In this document: positions 1 through 9,511 of the stretch, piece after piece
Layout of the letters: each line of letters starts with the position of its first letter
Position numbering within the stretch: position 1 is the first letter of the stretch
From: Bacilli bacterium
GTDB lineage: Bacteria; Bacillota_I; Bacilli_A; RF39; UBA660
NCBI GenBank assembly: GCA_017542065.1
Contig: JAFXXX010000019.1
Span: forward strand, 132,756 to 196,755
Length of the DNA: 64,000 nucleotides
Direction of reading: 5' to 3'
Notes under the pieces: generated by a model
Databases searched by the model: none
What the model was told of the DNA's origin: nothing
What the model saw: the letters and a program-made list of their open reading frames with translations, nothing else
Translations under genes and position numbers: made by a program

Positions 1-485
1 ATTTCTTCATAACTATAGTTACCATATAAATAACTACCAGATTTATTATCTACTTTGTATTTATTCATAACTCTAGAAATGTTTGAACCTACTCTAAGAC
101 CTCTTGAAATCTTATATTTAGAAGAAGTAGTTTCTACTCCTACTAAAATATAATCATCATAGTATTCTCTTAAAGTTAAACTTAAATTTTCATATTCAAA
201 TTTCTTATAATTAAATCCATTTTCACTATAGTTAACTATTTTCTTTGGTTTACCAAAGTTTTCTATAACTTTATCTTCAGAACTTGAATATTTTAAATCA
301 TTAATCTTTAAATCAGATATAGTAAATATATCTTTTTTATTAGTATTAAGTTTAACTTCTGCAAAGTTCCTATAGTTTCTAACATAAACTATTAAGAATA
401 TAAGAAATAATAATACTATAATGGATAATACTACCTTTATCTCTTTTTTAGATATTGAATTTTTACTTTTTTTATTCTTTTTCAT
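1..485 (-). CDS. hypothetical membrane-anchored protein (N-terminal part only; continues past the window start)
   Basis: ATG at 485..483, 9 nt after the stop of the 2056-aa gene, with GGAGG (rc of 490..494) upstream. Translates MKKNKKSKNSISKKEIKVVLSIIVLLFLIFLIVYV..., i.e. a Lys-rich tail plus one TM segment. Open to position 1. Not in the ORF track because it is truncated. Confidence 0.55.
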   Translation of the reverse strand, partial: MKKNKKSKNSISKKEIKVVLSIIVLLFLIFLIVYVRNYRNFAEVKLNTNKKDIFTISDLKINDLKYSSSEDKVIENFGKPKKIVNYSENGFNYKKFEYENLSLTLREYYDDYILVGVETTSSKYKISRGLRVGSNISRVMNKYKVDNKSGSYLYGNYSYEE

Positions 486-494
486 ATTTCCTCC

Positions 495-3227
495 TTATTT
501 ACTAATCCTTTTTCTAATAAATATTAGTAAACCTATTATTCCAAGTATTCCAGTAATTATTAAACCATATTTAATTACTTTTTTACATGTTTGAATATTA
601 ATAACTAACTCTGCACTAGCAGTTGGTAATTTCATAGTTCTTGTAGTATTCTTCTTATTTGCTATTATATTAGATCCATAAGTATGACCTTTAGCATCTA
701 CTAAGAATGTAACTACATTATATGTTTTCTTTGGAAGTTCATAACCTTCAGGTGCTTTTGTTTCAACTATTCTATATTGTCCTTCAGTTAATCTATAAAT
801 AGTAGCTTGTCCATTTAATGTAGTTATATCATAGTTAACACCTTCACTAGATACTTTATACATTTTTGTAGACTCTGTAGAAACATCTTCTACAGCTACA
901 TCTTCATAAATCTTTTCATTATTAAGTTTTTGAAGTTTAAATACTGCTCCATCTTTAACATTATTATATTCATCATATTTAAAGAATGTAAAATATGTTT
1001 CAGTATTATATATCTTAGTTTCAACAGATACATCATCTACTTCAGGTATATAGAATAATGTATATCTATCACTTTCTCTCTTTGGAAGAGCAAATCCTTT
1101 AGGAGCCTCTACTTCCTCTATTACATAATATGTATTAGTGTCTAAGTATTGAATTAACGCTTGTCCTTCTTTAATAGTAGTTATATTTTCAGAAGTACCA
1201 AGACTAGTATTTTGATATTCATCATTTACTAGAGTTCCACCAATACTTGAACATGGACTACCAAATATATCAGTACATGTTGTTACTAAATCAGTATCAT
1301 ATACTTCTCTATATTCATAAGAACCATCTCTAATAGTTTTAAATTCTAATAGAGTTTTTGATTGCATCATTGGTGTTACATTTTCATCATAATTATTAAC
1401 TTTATATACTTTAAATTTAAATCCAGGTATTAACATACCAGTATTAGTATCATATTTACCAATAATAGCTTTACTAGGTTTATTTGGTACATTAGATATT
1501 TCAACATTTACTGTATCATTTAATACTCTAAATCTAGTAACAGATTTTTCTCCTTTTGGTAAATCATATCCCTTAGGAGCTTTAGTTTCCATTAATACGT
1601 ATTCTCTATCAATGTAACTTGGTAAATATCTAAATATTAATTTACCTGTATTAGGATCTACATGTAAGTCTTTAATCTTATTACTTGCACTTTGATCTGG
1701 ATTCATTCTATATGAATAACTTCCATCTTCTTCATCATTTAGAACTACTCTATCACTAAAGTAGATTTGAATACAATCATTAGTTTTTGAAGTATCATCA
1801 TATGGATTACATGTCTTACCTTCTTTAGATAAGAATAATTCAAATGTAGTTCTTTGATCAGTAATAATTGTATTATATTTTAAATCTTTCTTAATGAATG
1901 CTTGTTTAGTTGGATAGTCTTCAATTTTTACTGGAGGACTAGACTCAGGTTCATCATCATCACAGTCACATACTTTAATAGTTTTAACCGGATGACATTC
2001 AAGTTTACCATTCTTGTCTACTTTCATGTATCCTTCAGCACATGAATCACCTTCAAGTTTTGGAAGAATAAATACTGTTCCATTTGGAACTTCATATTCT
2101 TCTATATCATATGTTTCACACTTACATAAATGAGATATATTCATATCACCATTTTTAGTATATAAGTTTTGAGTACATGTATAACTACCTACTCTTTGTC
2201 CTTCTATAGAACATTTATGTAATGTATCATATCTATACTCACCATCATATGTTTTATAGAACCATTCATAATTATTTGAACTAGTTGAATTAGTTCCAGA
2301 AGTAATAGTAGAATGTTTTCTTATTCTAAATATTATGTTATCAAATGCTTTTATTTCTTCATCATTTTCAAATTTAACTATATCAGCATCATTATAATAA
2401 CCATAGAAGTCTTCTTTAGTAAATTTAACTTTAGTTGGTTTATTAGTTAATGATACTTTAACTGAGTTATCAGTTTTATCACATGTTAATGATGAACCAT
2501 TATTATTATCTGTAACAGTAAATCTAATGTCTGCTACATGTGCATAACCCATACTTGAGCATTCAGTTTCTTCTAAAGTAGATTGAGATGCATTTGGAGT
2601 ATTATTCTCACATGTACAATTACTTCCATTAGATGGACTAGAACCAGTAGTTCCACAATTAATTGAACTAACTTCTCTTAATACATAATTACCTTCAGGT
2701 AAGTAATTAATAAAGATATTTAAGTCCATATCACTAAGTAATGTATTTTGAACATCAATACCATTTAATAATCTAACTATAGTAGATCCTACATCTGTAG
2801 TTCCTGTTAAATCATTAACAGCTTTTTGATATTCATAATGCTTAGTTAAATTATTCCATTTAAATGTTAATACATTTCCATCATTATCTAAAATATTAAA
2901 TGTTAATTTTTGAAGTTCTTCATAAACTAACTTTTTATATTCATCATTTGCATTAGTAAGTTCAGTAGTTGTCTTAGTTATTTTAACCTCAGTTGGACAT
3001 TGATAAATTGTTTTTGGATTAACAAGTGATGTATTAAATACTAATTTAGATTCTTCAGTTATTCTATCTACATTTGCATATGCATAATACTCTGAAGGAT
3101 CTTTTTCTATAATATTATAGTTTTCATTACTCTTTAATCCAACAATACATGTATAACCATCAGCATCAGAATAAAAATCTGCATTAGTATTATTAGATGT
3201 ATTTACTAAATCAACTACATAGCAAGA
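495..3227 (-). repeat. highly conserved C-terminal ~910 codons shared with paralog B (tandem duplication, copy 1; inner boundary approximate)
   Basis: From SCYVVDLVNTSNNTN to the stop, the two translated proteins align almost residue for residue with only about three 1-aa indels. Identity judged by eye at about 85 percent. Confidence 0.7.
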
Positions 3228-6200
3228 TTTAGTTACACCATTTTTATCATATACTGTTTCTTTATTTGGTTTAGTTTTAATTAAAACATTAGTAGAATCA
3301 GTAACATTAAACTTAGTATTAATAAGATTTTCATCACTATTAGATGTCTTATCACTCTTAAGTTCTTTTTTATTCCAATCTATTAAATACTCATAGTTTA
3401 TATATTTAGTATTATCATAACTTGAGAATTCTTCAGATGAAGTTGCTGTTATAACCTGATTCTCATATACATTTGTAGCAAGTTCTGTAATTGTATATGT
3501 AGATGGTTCAGTGTCTGGTAAATTATATACACATACTCTACCATCTGAATCAGATTCTAATTCTGTAGTTGTTGTATTATCTGTTAAATCTGTATATTCA
3601 TAACAGTTATGAGATATTCCATCAACATCAGTATATGGAAGTTTATTTTTTAATACTCTTATAACAGTAGAACCCTTAGTTAAATTAAACTTAATTCCTT
3701 CCATAGGACTTGGTTCACCATTAGTTCTAAGAGTTTGATTAGTTTTAATCCAAGATACTATATAACCTTTATCTTCAAATTCTCCAGGAGCTGTCTTAGG
3801 ACAAATTTCAACAACTAATCCACCATCTATAGCTTCAGCTAAATCAGAGTCTTTCATTACGACTTCTTCTCCTTTATCATAATGTTTTCCTCTATAATTA
3901 ATACCACGATCAGCTATTACTTTAATTTGAGTTCTAACTAAACTAACTTGTTGATGATCAGAACCAATAACAGTTCTTTTATGTTCATCATCCATAATAG
4001 TAACAGTTGCTTTAGCATTAGGATTACAGTATCCTAAACCATTAACAATTATAAATCCAAGATCACCATTAGTACCATTACCAGTTACAAATGTTTCTTC
4101 AAATCCATTAGGATAATTTCTACAAACACCTGCACCAATAAATACTTTCATTGTTGCATTCTTTTCTAATCTCTTAGAAGTTCCTTTAGTCTTACTAGCA
4201 GTTAAACATTTTCTATATTTAACATTGTCCATTGGATATGGATCTCCAGTTCCAACAGTTACTTCTGTGTAAGGAATAACACCATCTATATTAGATAGGA
4301 ATAATTCTTTACCTGCTTCATTTAATGTATAACCGTCTGAATTATAATATTTTGAAAAATCTTCAATATATTCTGCGTTAGGGTCATCATGTTCTTCTAC
4401 TGGATTATCATCATCAGGCATATTTTCACCATCATCTTCATCAGTAGTTTGTTCTATAACTTCAGGTTCATCATCACCTTCAGTTTCTTCTTCACTATAA
4501 CCAGGTTCTGTATCATATCCAAGGAATCCACCATCTAAATCAGTAGAAACATCAGAATATACACACCAAGATTTATTTTCATCAAGATTACAATAATCAG
4601 ACATAGTTGAATTAAAACTTGCTATATCTTGATTAGTAATATTAGTATATACACTATTATTAACTTTTAATACACTATTTACTGCAATATTAACAGTAGG
4701 ATATCTATCATGCAAGTTTTCTAAGAATATCTTATAATCTTCTGTTTCAGTTATTCCATTAAATCCAAGTAAAACAGATACATTAGAAACATCACTTGCT
4801 TGTGGCAAGATGACTGATTCACTATTAACCGTTCCTGTTCCAATTGCTGGAATATCTTTCCAATCACTAGGAGATGATCCATTAACTGCAACAACAGTTA
4901 TATTATCACCCAATGTAGTTAATTCATTCATTCCATTATTTTCTAGTGATTTATAATAATCATCACCAATAAATAAATATTTACTTTTTGATTCTAAAGC
5001 AGAAGCTTCAGAAGGATTATATCCTCTACCACCATTATTTAATGGATTTGATTCTGGCCAAGAACAATATATATCTTGAGCTTCTAATGTAGTATTGGAT
5101 ACACCATTATATTTAATAACTGAATTACAATTTTCAAAGAATTGATATGAATGAGTTTTATTTAAATCAGTAAAACTTGCTATACCATTAGCATCTGTAG
5201 TAGCAGTAAATGTCTTAGTTGGATCACTCATATCTTGAGCAGTTATTTGTAATCCTTGAATATATTTACCATCATCTGTAGTTTTTCTAACTTTAATACC
5301 AACATCTGACCACTTTAATCTTAAATAACCAGCAGCATGTTGTCCACCTCTAGCTTCAGTAGATTTAAGTCCGATAACAACTGCATTCTTTTGTCTAGTA
5401 ACACTTGTTATTTTTATTTTAAAGTCACCTGAACCGTTTTTAGTAGTATGGTCAACACAATATAATGCAAGCCAATCTTGATTTGTTCCACTTAATTTAC
5501 CTACTTTTGTAACAGTTCCACCAGAAAGTAAACTTAATAATTCTGAAAGTCTAATTCTATAAGTATATGGTCTAGTAAAACTTGTAGCAGTAGATACTGC
5601 CCATGATCCATTAAATGGAGCATATGTATAATAGTAGTTTGCATTCTCTGGTTTAAATGCCCAGTAATCCATTCCTTTTGGTTTAAAACATCCAGAAGTA
5701 CAATATTGGTAAGTTTTACGACTAGAAGTATTTTTAAAACTTAATACTTGACCTTTTTTAACACTTATAGGACCAGAAACTGTAATTGCTCTAAAGTCAC
5801 TCTTATTTTTTACAACTTTATATGCAGCAACATTTTGAATTGAATAATCAACTTTAACATCTAAGTGTCTTATTTGAAGTGCAGGTACATATATTTCTAA
5901 TTCATTATCTACTACATCAATTAATCTATTATCTAATTCTTCTTTAGAATGATTTATATAAACATGTACATCTTTATTTTGAATCTTTCCAAGACCAATA
6001 GCTTTTAAATTAACAAATGTTGAAACATCATATCCATCATTAGATACAGTTTTATTTCTAGTAACTAATTTTTTAACATTAACATTAGTTTTTAAGTTTC
6101 TAAATGTTCCTAGTTTCATTAATGTTTCAATTTCTAACTGAATTGGAACATCATTTTCATTAGTTTCATCTTCAAAATAAGAAACTGGTACTTTAATTAG

Positions 6201-6665
6201 ATTTTTCTTTTTATCATAGAAACATCCATCAATAACTTCACCATTAACATTTGTCTTAGTAAATGCATAATCTGTTTCATATTTTAATAATTCTGGATGA
6301 GTAAATTTATCTAGATCTGCATATAAATAATCTCCTACTCTAGTTAAAGGAATAGCAGATGAAGATGTAGTTAAAATATGATCATCATAATCTACATCAC
6401 CATGAAAAGTTTGATTTAATGTAATATCATTTGGAACATTATCTTTGTCCATTACAAGATATAAAACGTGAATAATATAGGTTTCATCATAAGTTTTTGT
6501 ATGAAGCTTTTTAAACTTATTTAAATCAATTGTATATATGAAAATTAGGATAGCTGTAACAACCATTAAAATAGATAAAACAGGTATAATTGTTTTCTTA
6601 AATGGTACGTATCTATTTTTCTTTGTTTCTTTTACTTTTTTGTCTTTTTTTCTAAATAAATTCAT
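495..6665 (-). CDS. giant cell-surface protein with Cna-B/SpaA-type stalk domains (2056 aa), paralog A
   Basis: Uninterrupted ORF with ATG 6665 preceded by AGGGAAGAAGG. N-terminal signal anchor (IIPVLSILMVVTAILIFIY). Repeated hallmark motifs of Cna-B/SpaA prealbumin-like domains (METKAPKGYDLP, IEEVEAPKGFALP, VETKAPEGYELP, DGAVFKLQK). C-terminal hydrophobic segment plus RKRISK tail. Confidence 0.8.
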   Translation of the reverse strand: MNLFRKKDKKVKETKKNRYVPFKKTIIPVLSILMVVTAILIFIYTIDLNKFKKLHTKTYDETYIIHVLYLVMDKDNVPNDITLNQTFHGDVDYDDHILTTSSSAIPLTRVGDYLYADLDKFTHPELLKYETDYAFTKTNVNGEVIDGCFYDKKKNLIKVPVSYFEDETNENDVPIQLEIETLMKLGTFRNLKTNVNVKKLVTRNKTVSNDGYDVSTFVNLKAIGLGKIQNKDVHVYINHSKEELDNRLIDVVDNELEIYVPALQIRHLDVKVDYSIQNVAAYKVVKNKSDFRAITVSGPISVKKGQVLSFKNTSSRKTYQYCTSGCFKPKGMDYWAFKPENANYYYTYAPFNGSWAVSTATSFTRPYTYRIRLSELLSLLSGGTVTKVGKLSGTNQDWLALYCVDHTTKNGSGDFKIKITSVTRQKNAVVIGLKSTEARGGQHAAGYLRLKWSDVGIKVRKTTDDGKYIQGLQITAQDMSDPTKTFTATTDANGIASFTDLNKTHSYQFFENCNSVIKYNGVSNTTLEAQDIYCSWPESNPLNNGGRGYNPSEASALESKSKYLFIGDDYYKSLENNGMNELTTLGDNITVVAVNGSSPSDWKDIPAIGTGTVNSESVILPQASDVSNVSVLLGFNGITETEDYKIFLENLHDRYPTVNIAVNSVLKVNNSVYTNITNQDIASFNSTMSDYCNLDENKSWCVYSDVSTDLDGGFLGYDTEPGYSEEETEGDDEPEVIEQTTDEDDGENMPDDDNPVEEHDDPNAEYIEDFSKYYNSDGYTLNEAGKELFLSNIDGVIPYTEVTVGTGDPYPMDNVKYRKCLTASKTKGTSKRLEKNATMKVFIGAGVCRNYPNGFEETFVTGNGTNGDLGFIIVNGLGYCNPNAKATVTIMDDEHKRTVIGSDHQQVSLVRTQIKVIADRGINYRGKHYDKGEEVVMKDSDLAEAIDGGLVVEICPKTAPGEFEDKGYIVSWIKTNQTLRTNGEPSPMEGIKFNLTKGSTVIRVLKNKLPYTDVDGISHNCYEYTDLTDNTTTTELESDSDGRVCVYNLPDTEPSTYTITELATNVYENQVITATSSEEFSSYDNTKYINYEYLIDWNKKELKSDKTSNSDENLINTKFNVTDSTNVLIKTKPNKETVYDKNGVTKSCYVVDLVNTSNNTNADFYSDADGYTCIVGLKSNENYNIIEKDPSEYYAYANVDRITEESKLVFNTSLVNPKTIYQCPTEVKITKTTTELTNANDEYKKLVYEELQKLTFNILDNDGNVLTFKWNNLTKHYEYQKAVNDLTGTTDVGSTIVRLLNGIDVQNTLLSDMDLNIFINYLPEGNYVLREVSSINCGTTGSSPSNGSNCTCENNTPNASQSTLEETECSSMGYAHVADIRFTVTDNNNGSSLTCDKTDNSVKVSLTNKPTKVKFTKEDFYGYYNDADIVKFENDEEIKAFDNIIFRIRKHSTITSGTNSTSSNNYEWFYKTYDGEYRYDTLHKCSIEGQRVGSYTCTQNLYTKNGDMNISHLCKCETYDIEEYEVPNGTVFILPKLEGDSCAEGYMKVDKNGKLECHPVKTIKVCDCDDDEPESSPPVKIEDYPTKQAFIKKDLKYNTIITDQRTTFELFLSKEGKTCNPYDDTSKTNDCIQIYFSDRVVLNDEEDGSYSYRMNPDQSASNKIKDLHVDPNTGKLIFRYLPSYIDREYVLMETKAPKGYDLPKGEKSVTRFRVLNDTVNVEISNVPNKPSKAIIGKYDTNTGMLIPGFKFKVYKVNNYDENVTPMMQSKTLLEFKTIRDGSYEYREVYDTDLVTTCTDIFGSPCSSIGGTLVNDEYQNTSLGTSENITTIKEGQALIQYLDTNTYYVIEEVEAPKGFALPKRESDRYTLFYIPEVDDVSVETKIYNTETYFTFFKYDEYNNVKDGAVFKLQKLNNEKIYEDVAVEDVSTESTKMYKVSSEGVNYDITTLNGQATIYRLTEGQYRIVETKAPEGYELPKKTYNVVTFLVDAKGHTYGSNIIANKKNTTRTMKLPTASAELVINIQTCKKVIKYGLIITGILGIIGLLIFIRKRISK

Positions 6666-6706
6666 AACAAATAGCCTTCTTCCCTATATTATTACACTAT
6701 AATAAG

Positions 6707-6715
6707 ATTATATCA
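6707..6715 (-). promoter_or_regulatory. extended -10 promoter element TGATATAAT for the 2056-aa gene
   Basis: The rc of 6707..6715 reads TGATATAAT (TGnTATAAT). It lies directly downstream of the terminator of the upstream gene and about 45 nt before ATG 6665. Confidence 0.4.
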
Positions 6716-6736
6716 TAAAATCATATATTTTTATAC

Positions 6737-6768
6737 AAAAAAAGTATAGTTTTTCACTATACTTTTTT
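6737..6768 (-). terminator. Rho-independent terminator after the 1792-aa gene
   Basis: Minus strand reads AAAAAAGTATAGT-GAAAA-ACTATACTTTTTTT: a perfect stem plus a T7 tract, immediately after stop 6770..6772. Confidence 0.6.
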
Positions 6769-6769
6769 A

Positions 6770-9511
6770 TTATTTACTAATCTTTTTTCTAACAAATATC
6801 ATAAGTCCTATTAGACCTAAAATACCAGTAATTATTAGACCATATTTAATGACTTTTTTACCAGTTTGAATATTAATTACTAACTCTGCAGAAGCTGTTG
6901 GTAAAAGCATTGTTTTTGTAGTTGTTTTCTTGTTAGCAATAACATTAGATCCAAATGTATGACCTTTAGCATCTACTAAGAATGTTACTACGTTATATGT
7001 CTTCTTAGGAAGTTCATAGCCTTCAGGAGCACTAGTTTCTATAATTCTATATTGTCCTTCAGTTAATCTATAAATAGTTGCTTGACCATTTATTGTAGTA
7101 ATTTCATAGTTTTCTGATGTACTAAGTATTTTATACATCTTAGTAGTTTCAGTAGAAACATCTTCTAAAGCTACATCTTCATAAATCTTTTCATTATTAA
7201 GTTTTTGTAACTTAAACTTAGCACCATCAATAGTATTATTATATTCATCATATTTAAAGAATGTAAAATAGCTTTCAGTATTATATACTTTAGTTTCTAC
7301 AGATACTTCTTCAGAAGCAGGTACATAGAATAATGTATATCTATCACTTTCTCTTTCAGGTAATTTATATCCTTTAGGAGCTTCTACTTCTTCAATTATA
7401 TAATATGTATCTGTATCTAGATATTGAATTAATGCTTGACCTTCTTTAATAGTTATAAGTCCTTCTGATGAAGCAATAGATGAATCTTCATAAGTATCAT
7501 CTACTAGTGTTCCACCAATAGAAGAACATGGCATACCTTCTCTATCTACACATGTAGTAACTAAATCAGTATCAAATACTTCTCTATATTCATAAGAGCC
7601 ATCTCTAATAGTTTTAAACTCTAATGCATTTGATTTTGATTGCATCATAGGAGTTAAGTTTTCATCATAATTATTAACTTTATAAACTTTAAACTTAAAT
7701 CCTGGAATTAATTCACCTGTTGCAGAATCATATTTACCAATAATAGCTTTACTAGGCTTATTTGGTACATTAGATACTTCAACATTAACTGTATCATTAA
7801 CTACTTTAAATCTAGTTACTGATTTTTCTCCGGTTGGTAAATCATATCCTTTTGGAGCTTTAGTTTCCATTAAAACGTATTCTCTATCAATATAACTTGG
7901 TAAATATCTAAGAATTAATTTACCAGTATTAGGATCTACATGTAATTCTTTAATCTTATTATTAGATGATGTTTCAGGTATAAGTCTATAAGATAAACTT
8001 CCATCTGCTTCATCATTTAAGACTAATCTATCTTTAAAGTATACTTGAATACAATCATTAGCTTTTGAAGTAGCATCATATGGATTACATATTTTACCTT
8101 CTTTAGCTAAGAATAATTCAAATGTAGTATTTTGATCAGTAATAATAGTATTATATTTTAAATCTTTCTTAACAAATACTTGCTTTGTTGGTAAGTCTTC
8201 TATTATTACTGGTGGTGAAGATTCAGGATTTGAATCATCACAATCACATACTTTAATAGCTTTTACTGGATGACATTCAAGTTTACCATTCTTATCTACT
8301 TTCATGTATCCATCAGCACATGTATTACCTTCTAATTTTGGAAGAACAAATACTGTTCCATTTGGAACTTCATATTCTTCGATATAATATGATTCACACT
8401 TACATAAATGAGTAAGTTTTAAATTACCATTATTAGTATGAAGATTTTGAGTACATGTATAACCACCTACTGTTTGCCCTTCAGAAGAACATTTATGAAG
8501 AACATCTAATCTATATTCTCCAGTTCTTGTTATATAGAACCATTCATAGTTATTAGCAGCTACAGATGTAGTTCCAGATAGATTAGTAGTACTTTGTTTT
8601 CTAACTTTAAATGTTATATTATCAAAGGCTTCTACTTCTTCATTATTCTCAAATTTAACTTTATCTTCATCATTTAAATAACCATACATATCTTTCTTAG
8701 TGAATTTAACTTCTGTAGGTTTATTTGTTAATGATACTTTAACTGAATCATCAGTAGATTTATTACATGTTACAGAAGCACCAGTATTAGTATCTCTAAC
8801 AGTAAATGTAATATCAGGAACATGTGCATATCCCATGTTAGAACATGCTGTTTCTTCAGTAGTAGAACCACTATTATTTGGAGTATTATTGTCACAAGTA
8901 CAATTACTTCCATTAGCAGGACTACTAGATGTAGCACCACAATTAATTGAACTAACTTCTCTTAATGTATAAGTTCCTTCAGGTAAATAATTAACTAGAA
9001 TATCTAAGTTCATATTTACTAATGAAGTATTATTAACATCTACTCCATTTAAAAGTCTAATAGCAGCATCTCCTGCATCATTAGTTCCTTTTAAATCATT
9101 AATAGCTTTTTGATATTCATAATGTTTAGTTGTACTATTCCATTTGAATGTTAATACATTTCCATTACTATCTAAAATATTAAATGTTAACTTTTGAAGT
9201 TCAGCATAAATAATCTTTTTATAGTCATTTGATGCATTACTTAATTCTGTAGTTGTTTTAGTTATCTTAACTTCAGTTGGACATTGATAAATCATTTTAG
9301 GATTTAGATTAGTTGTATTAAATGTTAATTTAGATTCTTCGGTAATTGATCTACTATTAGCATATCCATAATATGTAGCAGGATCTATTTCTGTAATAGT
9401 ATAATTTTCAGATTTATTAACACCTACAATACATACATATCCATCACTATCAGATATAAATTCTGAATTAGTATTATTAGATGTATTAACTAAATCTACT
9501 ACATAACATGA
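6770..9511 (-). repeat. highly conserved C-terminal segment shared with paralog A (tandem duplication, copy 2; inner boundary approximate)
   Basis: See 495..3227. SCYVVDLVNTS is encoded at about 9494..9511. Confidence 0.7.

Noticed and set aside
600-629. LPTAS in ...KLPTASAELVINIQT(C/G)KK read as a degenerate LPXTG sortase motif.
   Set aside because: The Thr and Gly positions do not fit LPXTG or LPXTA. The 4301-aa protein has ESTGEAK at the equivalent place. The block conserved across all three proteins is the downstream ...L-x-I-x-IQTG.
5440-5470. A thioester-domain (TED) adhesin signature: Y-C-V-D in LALYCVDHTT (paralog A) and Y-C-Y-D in VVFYCYDHNY (paralog B).
   Set aside because: The Cys context resembles the [YFL]C-hydrophobic-[DEQ] motif. 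I found no partner Gln in a TQxA-hydrophobic-W-type motif at the expected distance of about 150 aa; the only nearby Q...W strings are about 40 aa away and a poor match. This cannot be supported without a profile search.
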